Below are positions 46,639-54,921 of a stretch of 64,000 nucleotides of DNA, piece by piece. The stretch covers positions 32,001 to 96,000 of the forward strand of contig JBDRCO010000051.1 in assembly GCA_043821645.1 (NCBI GenBank), in the 5' to 3' direction. The stretch comes from Pseudomonadota bacterium. GTDB taxonomy: Bacteria > Myxococcota > JACRCW01 > JAFGSX01. The stretch's first letter is position 1. Every line of letters begins with the position of its first letter. Under the pieces are notes generated by a model. It did not search any database. It worked only from the letters and a program-made list of their open reading frames with translations, and was not told where the DNA came from. Made by a program: the position numbers and the translations under genes.

Positions 46639-47765
46639 TGGGCACCTCCCATCTGGTCGGCCGTGGCCGCGGCGGTGGGTGCCACCACGTCGTGAATGCC
46701 GGGCACCCCGAACGGCACATCGACGCTGGCAGGATCCGGTGCCGGCGAGCCGTCGGCGTTGGGCGGCAGGGCCGGGAACGGCGTCTCGGGCACGGGTCCG
46801 GTCAGCGCCTCGAGAAACGCGACCAGGTCCTCCTTCTCGCCCTGGGTCAGGGCGAGCGGCAGCATGAGCGGGTCCAGGTTGTCGTTGGCGATGCCGCCGC
46901 GATCGTAGAACTCGACGACGTCGAGCAGCGTCTTCTCCTGCCCGGTGTGCAGGTAGGGCGCTGTCTGTGCGATGTTGCGCAGGTGCGGTGTCTTGAACTT
47001 GCCGCGGTCGGCCGGGTCCTTGGTCACCTCCTCGCGCCCGATGTCGGGCTCGGCGCCATCCTGGCCAACGCCCAGGTTGTGAAAGCCCTGGTCCGAGAAC
47101 ATGGGGCCGCTGTGACAGGGCGTGCAGTGTGCCTTGCCATTGAAGAGCTCGAGGCCACGCCGGGCGGCCGGGCTCAGCGCATCCCGCTCGCCGGTCAGGT
47201 ACCGATCGAAGGGGCTGGGCCCGGACACGATGCTGCGCTCGAAGGCGGCGATGGCCTTGGCGATGCCGGGGGCGGTGACGCCGGTTCCATACACGGTCTG
47301 GAACTGCTCCTGGTAGCCGGGGATGGCCTCGAGCTTGGCGATCACGGCGTCCAGGGTCTCGCCCATCTCGATGGGGTTGGCGATGGGTCCCAGGGCCTGC
47401 TCCTCGAGGGAGCCGACGCGGCCATCCCAGAACTGAAAGCGCATGTAGCCCGAGTCGATGACCGTGCCCGAGTTGCGCCCGCCGACCTGGCCCTTGACCC
47501 CGGTGTCGGTGGCGTGCGGGTTGGCCCAGCCGGTCGCCGGCCCGTGGCACGAGGCGCAGCTGATGGTGTCGTCGATGGACAGCCTCTTGTCGAAGTACAG
47601 CTGCCCGCCGAGACGGATCTTGGCGTCGGTCTGCGGGTTGTCCGCCGGGACCGGCATTGCAGGCTTGACGGTGTTTGCCAGCAGGGGAGCCCTGGCATGT
47701 GAGAGAGAGCCCTGGGCAAAAAACACAGTGCCTGCGACGAGAGCGACGAGGAAATGTCGGCGCAT
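46635..47765 (-). CDS. Di-heme cytochrome c peroxidase / MauG-family protein
   Basis: Signal peptide, LYFDKRLS..ISCASCH, QFWDGR..LEEQALGPI, CTPCH, and KFKTPHLRNIAQTAPYLH. Confidence 0.9.
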   Translation of the reverse strand: MRRHFLVALVAGTVFFAQGSLSHARAPLLANTVKPAMPVPADNPQTDAKIRLGGQLYFDKRLSIDDTISCASCHGPATGWANPHATDTGVKGQVGGRNSGTVIDSGYMRFQFWDGRVGSLEEQALGPIANPIEMGETLDAVIAKLEAIPGYQEQFQTVYGTGVTAPGIAKAIAAFERSIVSGPSPFDRYLTGERDALSPAARRGLELFNGKAHCTPCHSGPMFSDQGFHNLGVGQDGAEPDIGREEVTKDPADRGKFKTPHLRNIAQTAPYLHTGQEKTLLDVVEFYDRGGIANDNLDPLMLPLALTQGEKEDLVAFLEALTGPVPETPFPALPPNADGSPAPDPASVDVPFGVPGIHDVVAPTAAATADQMGGAQ

Positions 47766-47977
47766 GGAGACTCCCCTTGTGTTCTTGGTGCGGCATTGGA
47801 GCGCACCGCCGGCGCCCGCGCAAGGAGCGATATGGATCCCTGGCCCTTGCTGATTGTTTGCAGCCTGTTTCGGGGGCGGAAGCGTCGCTTGAGCCGGTGA
47901 TGATCCCGACCTGAACAATAAATTTGAATATTTTCAGGGCTTCCGCGTCGGCTCTCAGAATTGAGTCACGTTTTTGC

Positions 47978-48015
47978 TGGCAAGCGTTGACACGGCCAGT
48001 GCGGCCACCTAGAAA
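47978..48015 (+). promoter_or_regulatory. sigma70-type promoter with an overlapping LacI-family-like operator upstream of the DOMON/porin operon
   Basis: TTGACA (47987-47992)-N17-TAGAAA (48010-48015). The quasi-palindrome TGGCAAGCGTTGACA has a central CG. AGGAG RBS at 48034. Confidence 0.5.
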
Positions 48016-48044
48016 CAGCCAGCCCTTCACAACAGGAGAGTCTC

Positions 48045-48872
48045 ATGAGCGCCAGGTCAATCGGAATCGTGGCAGCGAGCGCCCTGCTACCCTGCCTGCT
48101 GCTGGCCAAGGGCCTCGAGTTCAAGGACCCCACGGGCGACGACAAGGGGCCCGGAACCTACACCTACCCGACCGACGCGGCCTACGAGAAGGGCTGCTTC
48201 GACCTGACCCTGGTGGCCATCGACGCCAAGGGCAAGGACGTCGAGATCACGGTCGAGTTCGCCAAGAAGGTCAGCGACCCCTGGGACTCGGCCAAGTGGC
48301 AGCCCGCGGGCAACGGCTTCAGCGTGCAGATGGTGCAGGTCTACATCGACACCGACCACAAGGCGGGGTCTGGCTTCACCGACAGCCTGCCCGGCATGAA
48401 CGCGAAGTTCGCCGCCGACCAGGCCTGGGACAAGGTCGTGATCATCAGCCCCCAGCCCAGCAGCCGGGTGAGCCAGGAGGTCGATCAGAAGGCAGCGTCG
48501 TTCAAGAAGGGCGTGGTCATCCCGCGCAAGGTCACCGTGCGCGGCAAGAGCATCATCGCGGTGGTGGATGCCAAGGAGCTGGGCAGCCCAGACGCCAAGT
48601 GGGGCGTGCAGGCCCTGGTCGGCTCCAACGAGGGCTACCCCGCGGCCACCGACCTGCTGTCGCGCAAGGTCAACGAGTTCGAGGGCCCGCACCGCTTCGG
48701 CGGCGGCTGCGACTTCGATGGCGACCCCCACTTCGTGGACTGCCTGGCGGGCTCGGCCAAGGGCGACAAGGCCGAGATCGAGGCCCAGTACAGCGCCCTC
48801 AAGGCCCACAGCTGCAGCGACAAGCCCGCGGCCGAGAAGCGCGCCGTGGTGCCCATGATCTACGGGAAATGA
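48045..48872 (+). CDS. Stand-alone glucodextranase C-terminal (DOMON-like) domain protein, exported
   Basis: Signal peptide, FKDPTGDDKGPGTYTYPTD..GCFDL, DPW..NGFSVQMVQVYIDTD, LPGMNAKF...AWD and FGGG. Confidence 0.85.
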   Translation: MSARSIGIVAASALLPCLLLAKGLEFKDPTGDDKGPGTYTYPTDAAYEKGCFDLTLVAIDAKGKDVEITVEFAKKVSDPWDSAKWQPAGNGFSVQMVQVYIDTDHKAGSGFTDSLPGMNAKFAADQAWDKVVIISPQPSSRVSQEVDQKAASFKKGVVIPRKVTVRGKSIIAVVDAKELGSPDAKWGVQALVGSNEGYPAATDLLSRKVNEFEGPHRFGGGCDFDGDPHFVDCLAGSAKGDKAEIEAQYSALKAHSCSDKPAAEKRAVVPMIYGK

Positions 48873-48873
48873 C

Positions 48874-50976
48874 GTGCAGCACCTGCGCATTGCGCTGGTC
48901 GCGGCCCTGCTGGTCGCGCCCGCGCTGAGCCTCGCCCAGCAGCCGCCCCCCAGTGCCGAGGACGAGGCCAGTGATCGTCGAGCCGAGCCCGAGACCACCG
49001 GACGTGACGACGAGAACTCGCCCGAGGACAAGGTCCCCAGCGCGGGAGAAATGGCCGCGGAGCTGCCGGCGCTGACCGAGGCCCAGCGCGCCGCCATCGA
49101 GGCCATCGTCGACGAGCGCCTGCGCGCCCTGCCCGCCCCCCAGATCCCGGAGATGAAGCTCGAGATCCGGGGCGACACCTACACCAAGCTCATGTTTCGC
49201 AACAACCAGAGCAATGGCTGCGTGACCTGGGGCAACCCGCACCCGCTGGGCGACAACTTCTCGGGCGAGAACGGCATGTGCTCCGAGCTGGGGCTCACGG
49301 TCATCGGCCACGTCAGCCAGCTGGTCGAGGTGCAGGCCCGGCTACAGACCCGCTACGGCCAGGAGTGGGCGGACTTCTACGAGAACGGCGACCGCCGCAT
49401 CCGCCTGGACACCACCGGCGAGAGCCTGGGCCAGAACCACGGCGCCTACCTGCAGCTGCGCGGTGTGTACGTGCGCCTGAGCCCGCCCATCCCGACGCTG
49501 CGCTACATCCACCTGGGCTCGTCGGACCTGTCGCAGTTCAACGCCTTCACCATAGGCAAGATCCGCTACATCGATCGCTTCAACGCCAACGGCGTATTTG
49601 TCAACGGCGACCTGTGGGGCGTGGCGGGCTACGAGCTGGCGCGCATCGCCTTGCCCAAGCTCTTTGCCTCGGCCAACTACAACACGGGCATCGACGACCC
49701 CCTGGTCGAGAACCCCTTCTGGACCCGCGATGCGGCCTACGCCTTCAAGCTCACAGGCTCGCCCTTCGACGTGGTGGATCTCAAGAGCATCACCAGCGTG
49801 CTCCTCGACGAGGAGGCCGACACCGACGACCCGGATGCCCTGGGCTCGACCAACCCCATCGACCCCCGGGACGGCGTGGTGCAGACCAACTTTCGCTACC
49901 TCAATGCCAACAGCACCGTCGAGGCCGAGGCGTATCCTTTGCGCTGGTGGAACGTGAAGGCCCTGGCCGGCGTCAGCTACTCGCGGCCCGACAGCCGCAC
50001 CACCTTCAATGCGGTGAGCGGCAACCAGGGCATCGCGCCGGTGCCCATGAAGGAGCTGTGGGGTTACGCCATCACCGCACGCACCGAGCTGTATGATCCC
50101 CTGGACATCGGCCTCGACCTCAAGCTCGAGTACTTCAACATCGGTGCCGACTGGGTGGCGACCTTTGGCGCGCGGCGTGAAACCGACGTGCTGCTCACCG
50201 ACGGCTTCGTCGACGGACAGCTGGTCACCCTCAACGTGGCCAACGAGTTCATGGACTTCACCGACCCCTACTACGAGACGGTGATCGGCTGGCACGGTGC
50301 CACCGCCCTGCTCGAGTGGTCCTGGGACGATCTCAAGACCGGGCTCGAGGGCACCTTCATCGAGTACAACACCGATGCCCAGAACCGCGACGTCGACACC
50401 GTGTATCCGGACTTCCTGTTCACCGACGGCATGACCGACGTGGACCACTACACCTACGCCAACACCAACGACCGCGGACGCGACCCGCGCAGCGTGTATC
50501 ACCGCAATCAGGCGCGTCGCACCGTGATCAGCATGGCGCGCGCGGCCTATTCCCTGAACCTGCTCGAGGGCGTGGAGTTCGGGCTCAAGGGCAAGTACAT
50601 CTGGGACAACGATCAGCGCGACCAGGACCTGGCACCGGATCCCTCGGCCGACGACTACACCGGCCACCTGATGAGCGCGCAGCTGCAGGTCAAGGGCGGC
50701 CTCACCGAGCACCTGGCCCTGGCCCTGGGCTACCAGCTCGACTTCTGGCTCGAGGACAGGCGCTCGGGCGACGTCATTGCCGGCGTGGCCGACTACGCCG
50801 ACTACACGACGTTCAAGAACAAGGCCTGGGTGCAGCTGTACTACGTGTTCGAGGGCCTCAACTTCGCCTACCGCATCGAGTACCTCGACAAGAATGTCAC
50901 CACCAGCAAGCCCGAGCTGGACTACCACCTGCGCAACATCATCCGCTCGGTGGGCAGCGTGTCGGTGGCGTTCTAG
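48874..50976 (+). CDS. Large putative outer-membrane beta-barrel (porin-like) protein
   Basis: Starts 1 bp after the DOMON gene stop. Signal peptide, short N-terminal helical/acidic region, many alternating hydrophobic strands, aromatic- and Asp-rich loops, and C-terminal Phe (VGSVSVAF). Confidence 0.7.
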   Translation: MQHLRIALVAALLVAPALSLAQQPPPSAEDEASDRRAEPETTGRDDENSPEDKVPSAGEMAAELPALTEAQRAAIEAIVDERLRALPAPQIPEMKLEIRGDTYTKLMFRNNQSNGCVTWGNPHPLGDNFSGENGMCSELGLTVIGHVSQLVEVQARLQTRYGQEWADFYENGDRRIRLDTTGESLGQNHGAYLQLRGVYVRLSPPIPTLRYIHLGSSDLSQFNAFTIGKIRYIDRFNANGVFVNGDLWGVAGYELARIALPKLFASANYNTGIDDPLVENPFWTRDAAYAFKLTGSPFDVVDLKSITSVLLDEEADTDDPDALGSTNPIDPRDGVVQTNFRYLNANSTVEAEAYPLRWWNVKALAGVSYSRPDSRTTFNAVSGNQGIAPVPMKELWGYAITARTELYDPLDIGLDLKLEYFNIGADWVATFGARRETDVLLTDGFVDGQLVTLNVANEFMDFTDPYYETVIGWHGATALLEWSWDDLKTGLEGTFIEYNTDAQNRDVDTVYPDFLFTDGMTDVDHYTYANTNDRGRDPRSVYHRNQARRTVISMARAAYSLNLLEGVEFGLKGKYIWDNDQRDQDLAPDPSADDYTGHLMSAQLQVKGGLTEHLALALGYQLDFWLEDRRSGDVIAGVADYADYTTFKNKAWVQLYYVFEGLNFAYRIEYLDKNVTTSKPELDYHLRNIIRSVGSVSVAF

Positions 50977-51054
50977 TTTCTTGTTTCGGAGAATCCAGCG
51001 CTGGGCGATCCTGCCTGCTCACCACACACGCGGATTCTCCCCGCGAGGTTGTGC

Positions 51055-52629
51055 ATGCCAAAAGAGCCGATGATTCCTGACGATCTCAGCGTCCCCGACG
51101 ACGAGAAGTCCTCGCGCGCCGCTCTCTCCAGTGCGGCTGTGCCCGCCTCGCCCCCGGAGCCCACGGCAACCGCCAGCGTGGACATCGTGCCACCGGCCGC
51201 TGCGCCTCCGGCGCCTGCGCCCGCCGTGGAGCTGTTCCGACCACCGAGCGACGACATGACGACGGCTTATGGCATCCCGGCGCCCCCGGCTGCGCCGACT
51301 GCGGCGACCATCGAGCACGATCCGCTCCCGGTCTCCATGTACGGCATCATCCCGCCTCCGGAATCCCTCGGATCCGGCGACGACGACGACGATGACCTGG
51401 TGGCGTGGAAGAGCCGACCCCGGAGCGGCTCGCCGCGCCTGCGCCAGGCCCTGTGGGTGCTGGCTGCCGCTGCCCTGTTCGGTGCCACGCTTTCCGCGGT
51501 GTCGACGGCGGACTTCGTGCAGCACCTCGACAGGCAGGTGCACAGCATCCACTGCTCCATCATCCCGGGCGCGGGCCAGAGCTTCGCCGACAGCGGCTGC
51601 AAGGCCGCGCTGATGAGCCCCTACTCGTCGGTGCTGCGCACGACCCTGTGGGGCGGTCTGCCCATCGCTCTGCTGGCCCTGGCCGTGTTCGCCTACCTGG
51701 TGTACCGCGCCGTGGACTTCTCGCTGCGGCCACAGATCACCAGGCGCGAGACCATGTTCCTGATAGCTGCGACCGGGCTGCCCGTCGCCATGAGCGCCAT
51801 CTACGGCACCATCTCGGCAACCCGGGTCGGCGCCCTGTGCTCGGTATGCCTGGGCATGTACCTCAGCTCGGCCCTGGCCCTGGCCGCGGCGGTGTTCGCA
51901 CACCGTCAGGCCTCGGCGGCGCCCCTGGACGGGCAGGGACAGAAGCCTTTTTTACGGTGGTTCGGCGAGGGCGTGCTCTTCGTGTGCGTGCTCGGCGGCC
52001 TGCATCTGGCCCTGGCCCCCACCAGCGAGCGCAGCCTCAAGGGTTGCGGCACCCTGGTCAAGAAGGACGATCCCGCCCGGGTGCTGCTCCACCTTGGCGG
52101 TCGCCACCAGGGCGTGGACAGCGTGGCCGTGATGGATCCGCTGTGCGCGGCCTGCAAGGGCTTTGACGGGCGCCTGGCCCAGAGCGGGCTGCGCGATCGT
52201 CTGAACCTGCGTACCGTGCTCATGCCCCTGGACTCGAGCTGCAACTGGATGGTCAAGCAGAGCGTGCACCCGGGCGCCTGCGCCGTGTCCGAGGCCATGC
52301 TGTGCGACGCCGAGCGCGCCGAAGAGGTGCTCAGCTATGCCTTCGAGCAGCAGGCGGACCTGATTGCCCTGGCGCGCAAGGACGAGAAGGCCCTGCGCAC
52401 CCAGCTCGAGAACCGGTTCCCCCACGTCAAGGGCTGCCTGGGCACCCCCGCGATCAAGAACAAGCTCAACAAGAGCCTGCGCTGGACCGTGGCCAATGCC
52501 CTGCCCGTGCTCACCCCGCAGCTCTTTGTCGGTGACACCCGGGTCTGCGACGAGGACACGGACCTGGGACTGGAGTTCACCGTGGCGGCGCTGCTCGAGC
52601 AGCCGGCCGCCACAAGGAGCCGACGATGA
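51055..52629 (+). CDS. VKOR-family membrane oxidoreductase fused to a DsbA/thioredoxin-like domain
   Basis: Pro/Asp-rich N-terminus, loop Cys (IHCS..SGCK), ALCSVC CxxC in a TM helix, then DPLCAACK, DSSCN, HPGAC and cis-Pro TPQLF. Confidence 0.8.
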   Translation: MPKEPMIPDDLSVPDDEKSSRAALSSAAVPASPPEPTATASVDIVPPAAAPPAPAPAVELFRPPSDDMTTAYGIPAPPAAPTAATIEHDPLPVSMYGIIPPPESLGSGDDDDDDLVAWKSRPRSGSPRLRQALWVLAAAALFGATLSAVSTADFVQHLDRQVHSIHCSIIPGAGQSFADSGCKAALMSPYSSVLRTTLWGGLPIALLALAVFAYLVYRAVDFSLRPQITRRETMFLIAATGLPVAMSAIYGTISATRVGALCSVCLGMYLSSALALAAAVFAHRQASAAPLDGQGQKPFLRWFGEGVLFVCVLGGLHLALAPTSERSLKGCGTLVKKDDPARVLLHLGGRHQGVDSVAVMDPLCAACKGFDGRLAQSGLRDRLNLRTVLMPLDSSCNWMVKQSVHPGACAVSEAMLCDAERAEEVLSYAFEQQADLIALARKDEKALRTQLENRFPHVKGCLGTPAIKNKLNKSLRWTVANALPVLTPQLFVGDTRVCDEDTDLGLEFTVAALLEQPAATRSRR

Positions 52630-53315
52630 GCATGCCGACGAGCACTCGCACCCTGCTGCTGCTCGGTGTTGCCCTGGGCATCCCGGCCCTGTTCGAGGTG
52701 GTGTGGCTGAACAAGGCCTCGGCCAGCCTCCGGGCTGCCCCCGAGGCTGCCTCCGAGGTCGCCATCGCCACCGCCAGCGACGTCGAGTACTGCAGCCCGG
52801 CGCTCAAGGCCGTGCTGCGCCGCGTGGCCTCGGCCTGCGGTCTGGTGGAGAGCGGTGCCCGCGGCTGCAAGCCCACAGACGCCAAGATGGTGGCCGCGCT
52901 GTCAGGCGGCGATTTCAATGCGCTGTTCAAGCCCCTGAGCGACCGCGCACGCATCCTCCAGTTCGACGTGGACGCCGTGGAGCTCGACGAGGGCGCGCGG
53001 ACAGTGGTCGATCAAGTCTGGAGCGACCAGCGCGGCGCCAGCTTCTTCTTCGTGGTGTCCCGGGCCAGTCCGGACGGCGATACCGAGTACAACCAGCAGC
53101 TCTCGGCCCAGCGCGCCCAGGCGGTGTTCGATCACCTGGACAGGACCTTCAAGGACCCGGAGCTGCGACGCGAGGTGGGCCTGCTGTGGCTGGGCGAGGA
53201 GTTTGCACAGCTCGGCAAGGAGTTCTGCACCTGGCAACGCAGCCGTGAAGGTGAGTGCAGCTCCAACGACATCAACCGCAGCGCCTTCGTGGCGTGGATA
53301 GATTGCGCGATATGA
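52626..53315 (+). CDS. Cys-rich OmpA_C-like (peptidoglycan-associated) membrane-anchored protein
   Basis: ATGA overlap, N-terminal TM, ILQFDVDAVEL..ASPDGDTEYNQQLSAQRAQAV..INRSA, and six Cys. Confidence 0.7.
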   Translation: MSMPTSTRTLLLLGVALGIPALFEVVWLNKASASLRAAPEAASEVAIATASDVEYCSPALKAVLRRVASACGLVESGARGCKPTDAKMVAALSGGDFNALFKPLSDRARILQFDVDAVELDEGARTVVDQVWSDQRGASFFFVVSRASPDGDTEYNQQLSAQRAQAVFDHLDRTFKDPELRREVGLLWLGEEFAQLGKEFCTWQRSREGECSSNDINRSAFVAWIDCAI

Positions 53316-53950
53316 GGCACGACAACCGTCATGCCCTTCATGGTGTGGTGCGAGTCCTGGTTCTCGCGAGCCTGACTCTCACCGCCTGCCCCGACGACAA
53401 GGAAGCGCCGGGCAGTGCTCCCTCGCGCTTTGCCGGTGTGAATAGCGATCAGAACGCCCGCGCCATCCGCGCCTTCTGCGAGAAGTCCTTTGCCGCGAAG
53501 GGTGCCGGCAGCCTGCGTCTGCCCGAGCTGCCCGAGAAGGCCTTGCCCGTGGCCAGGCCCGCCGTGGCCACAGCCCGGGGCTGGCGCTGGATCAACCTGT
53601 GGGCCACCTGGTGCACGCCCTGCGTCGAGGAGATGCCGCTGCTGCAGCGCTGGCTGGACAGCCTGACCCGCGACGGCGTGGCGGTGAAGATCGAGCTGTG
53701 GAGCGCCGACGACGACCAGGAGGCGCTTGCCCAGGCCCTGCGCGAACGCAAGCTCCCTGGCGAGCAGCACTGGCTGGGAGGCAACGAGGCTCTGTCGAAG
53801 GTGCTCGAGGCCGTGCAAGCTGGCCAGGGCGCGGCATTGCCGGTGCATCTGTTCGTCGACGACCAGAACCAGCTGAGATGCCTGCGCGTGGGCTCGGTGC
53901 ACGAGGCCGACTACGGGGCGATCAAGACCTTGCTGACGAGCGGTGGCTAG
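53312..53950 (+). CDS. TlpA-family thiol:disulfide oxidoreductase lipoprotein
   Basis: ATGA overlap, LTLTAC lipobox, NLWATWCTPCVEEMP, and ALPVHLFVD. Confidence 0.85.
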   Translation: MRHDNRHALHGVVRVLVLASLTLTACPDDKEAPGSAPSRFAGVNSDQNARAIRAFCEKSFAAKGAGSLRLPELPEKALPVARPAVATARGWRWINLWATWCTPCVEEMPLLQRWLDSLTRDGVAVKIELWSADDDQEALAQALRERKLPGEQHWLGGNEALSKVLEAVQAGQGAALPVHLFVDDQNQLRCLRVGSVHEADYGAIKTLLTSGG

Positions 53951-54807
53951 CCGAAGTCCGCGATGCTCCAGTCCGGGTCGCTACCAGCGAGCAGATCCTT
54001 GCCGTTCCTGAGCGCCTCGGCGATCCCCTTGAAGCTGTCGAACTCCCCGTCGCTGCTGGCTCCGGGGAACAGTGCCGCGACGGCATCATTGGCGTCGACG
54101 AAGTTCATGCTCAGGCCCAGCCGGCGGGTCTCGCCACTCTGCCTGTCGACCACGACCACGCTCAGCTGCGGCTCATCCTCGGTCTCCAGCACGCCGTAGA
54201 CCGCGTGCTTGTCCGGATCGAAGGCAAAGCTGTTCAGGTCCTGGATCTCGGGCAGGCTGGGGTTGTAGTCAAAGGCGCGCAGGGCCTGGATCAGCGTGCC
54301 TCCGTCCTCGGCGCTCAGGGCGTAGGCATGCAGGCCGACATTGCCGCCCTCGACGTCGTGAAAGAGCCCGTCGTCACCGGCGTTGGCCTTGACGAAGGCC
54401 AGAGCCTCGGGGTCGGTTGCGGCCCCGGCACCACCGTCGACGGGTGCTGCCTTCGCGAGCTCCTTCGCCAGCTCGACCGCCAGCTTGCCGGTGGTCGACA
54501 TCTTGGCGATCTCGGCCTTGGACAGGCCGTTGTTGTTCAGGTCGTACTTGCCGATGAGCTTGTCCTTGGCGTAGGCCAGGGCCTTGTCGATATCGTTCTT
54601 GGTGACACGCGCGCCGGGCACGTGGTCGCGGTGGTCGATGAAGCGAAAGAAGATGTCCGTGAGCTGCTTTTCGGTGCCCTCGAGCTGACCGAGCTTCTTC
54701 TCGATGTCGGCGCGGCTGGCAATGCCGTCGGGTTTCGAGGCATCGAGAATGTTCTGGGCTGCGCGCTGCAACGCGGTGTTGACGTCCGTCTTGGAGATGC
54801 GCGGCAT
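53947..54807 (-). CDS. Hypothetical protein with a conserved helical/EF-hand-like N-domain (as seen at the N-terminus of some NuiA-domain proteins) and an unrelated acidic C-domain
   Basis: GGAGG RBS, then MPRISKTDVNTAL..DGIASRADI..DIFFRFIDHRD..KYDLNNNGLSKAEIAKMS. Confidence 0.65.
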   Translation of the reverse strand: MPRISKTDVNTALQRAAQNILDASKPDGIASRADIEKKLGQLEGTEKQLTDIFFRFIDHRDHVPGARVTKNDIDKALAYAKDKLIGKYDLNNNGLSKAEIAKMSTTGKLAVELAKELAKAAPVDGGAGAATDPEALAFVKANAGDDGLFHDVEGGNVGLHAYALSAEDGGTLIQALRAFDYNPSLPEIQDLNSFAFDPDKHAVYGVLETEDEPQLSVVVVDRQSGETRRLGLSMNFVDANDAVAALFPGASSDGEFDSFKGIAEALRNGKDLLAGSDPDWSIADFG

Positions 54808-54921
54808 GAGGACCTCCTGGTCAGTCAAAACGAGGGGGGGAGGGTGGAGTACTGGACTCATTATCTCCGAGGGCAGGATCTTGGAGCCGGACTTGCGCGA
54901 TCGCGAAAATACTTATCCGTA

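Noticed and set aside
45418-48030. 870-aa ORF as a single giant protein
   Set aside because: The N-terminal half is an out-of-frame read through the peroxidase gene. The real gene begins at GTG 46638 with a GGAGG RBS and a signal peptide.
48874-50976. Calling the barrel a TonB-dependent receptor or LamB
   Set aside because: No plug-domain motifs, TonB box or LamB signature are recognisable by eye, so it is left as an uncharacterised barrel.
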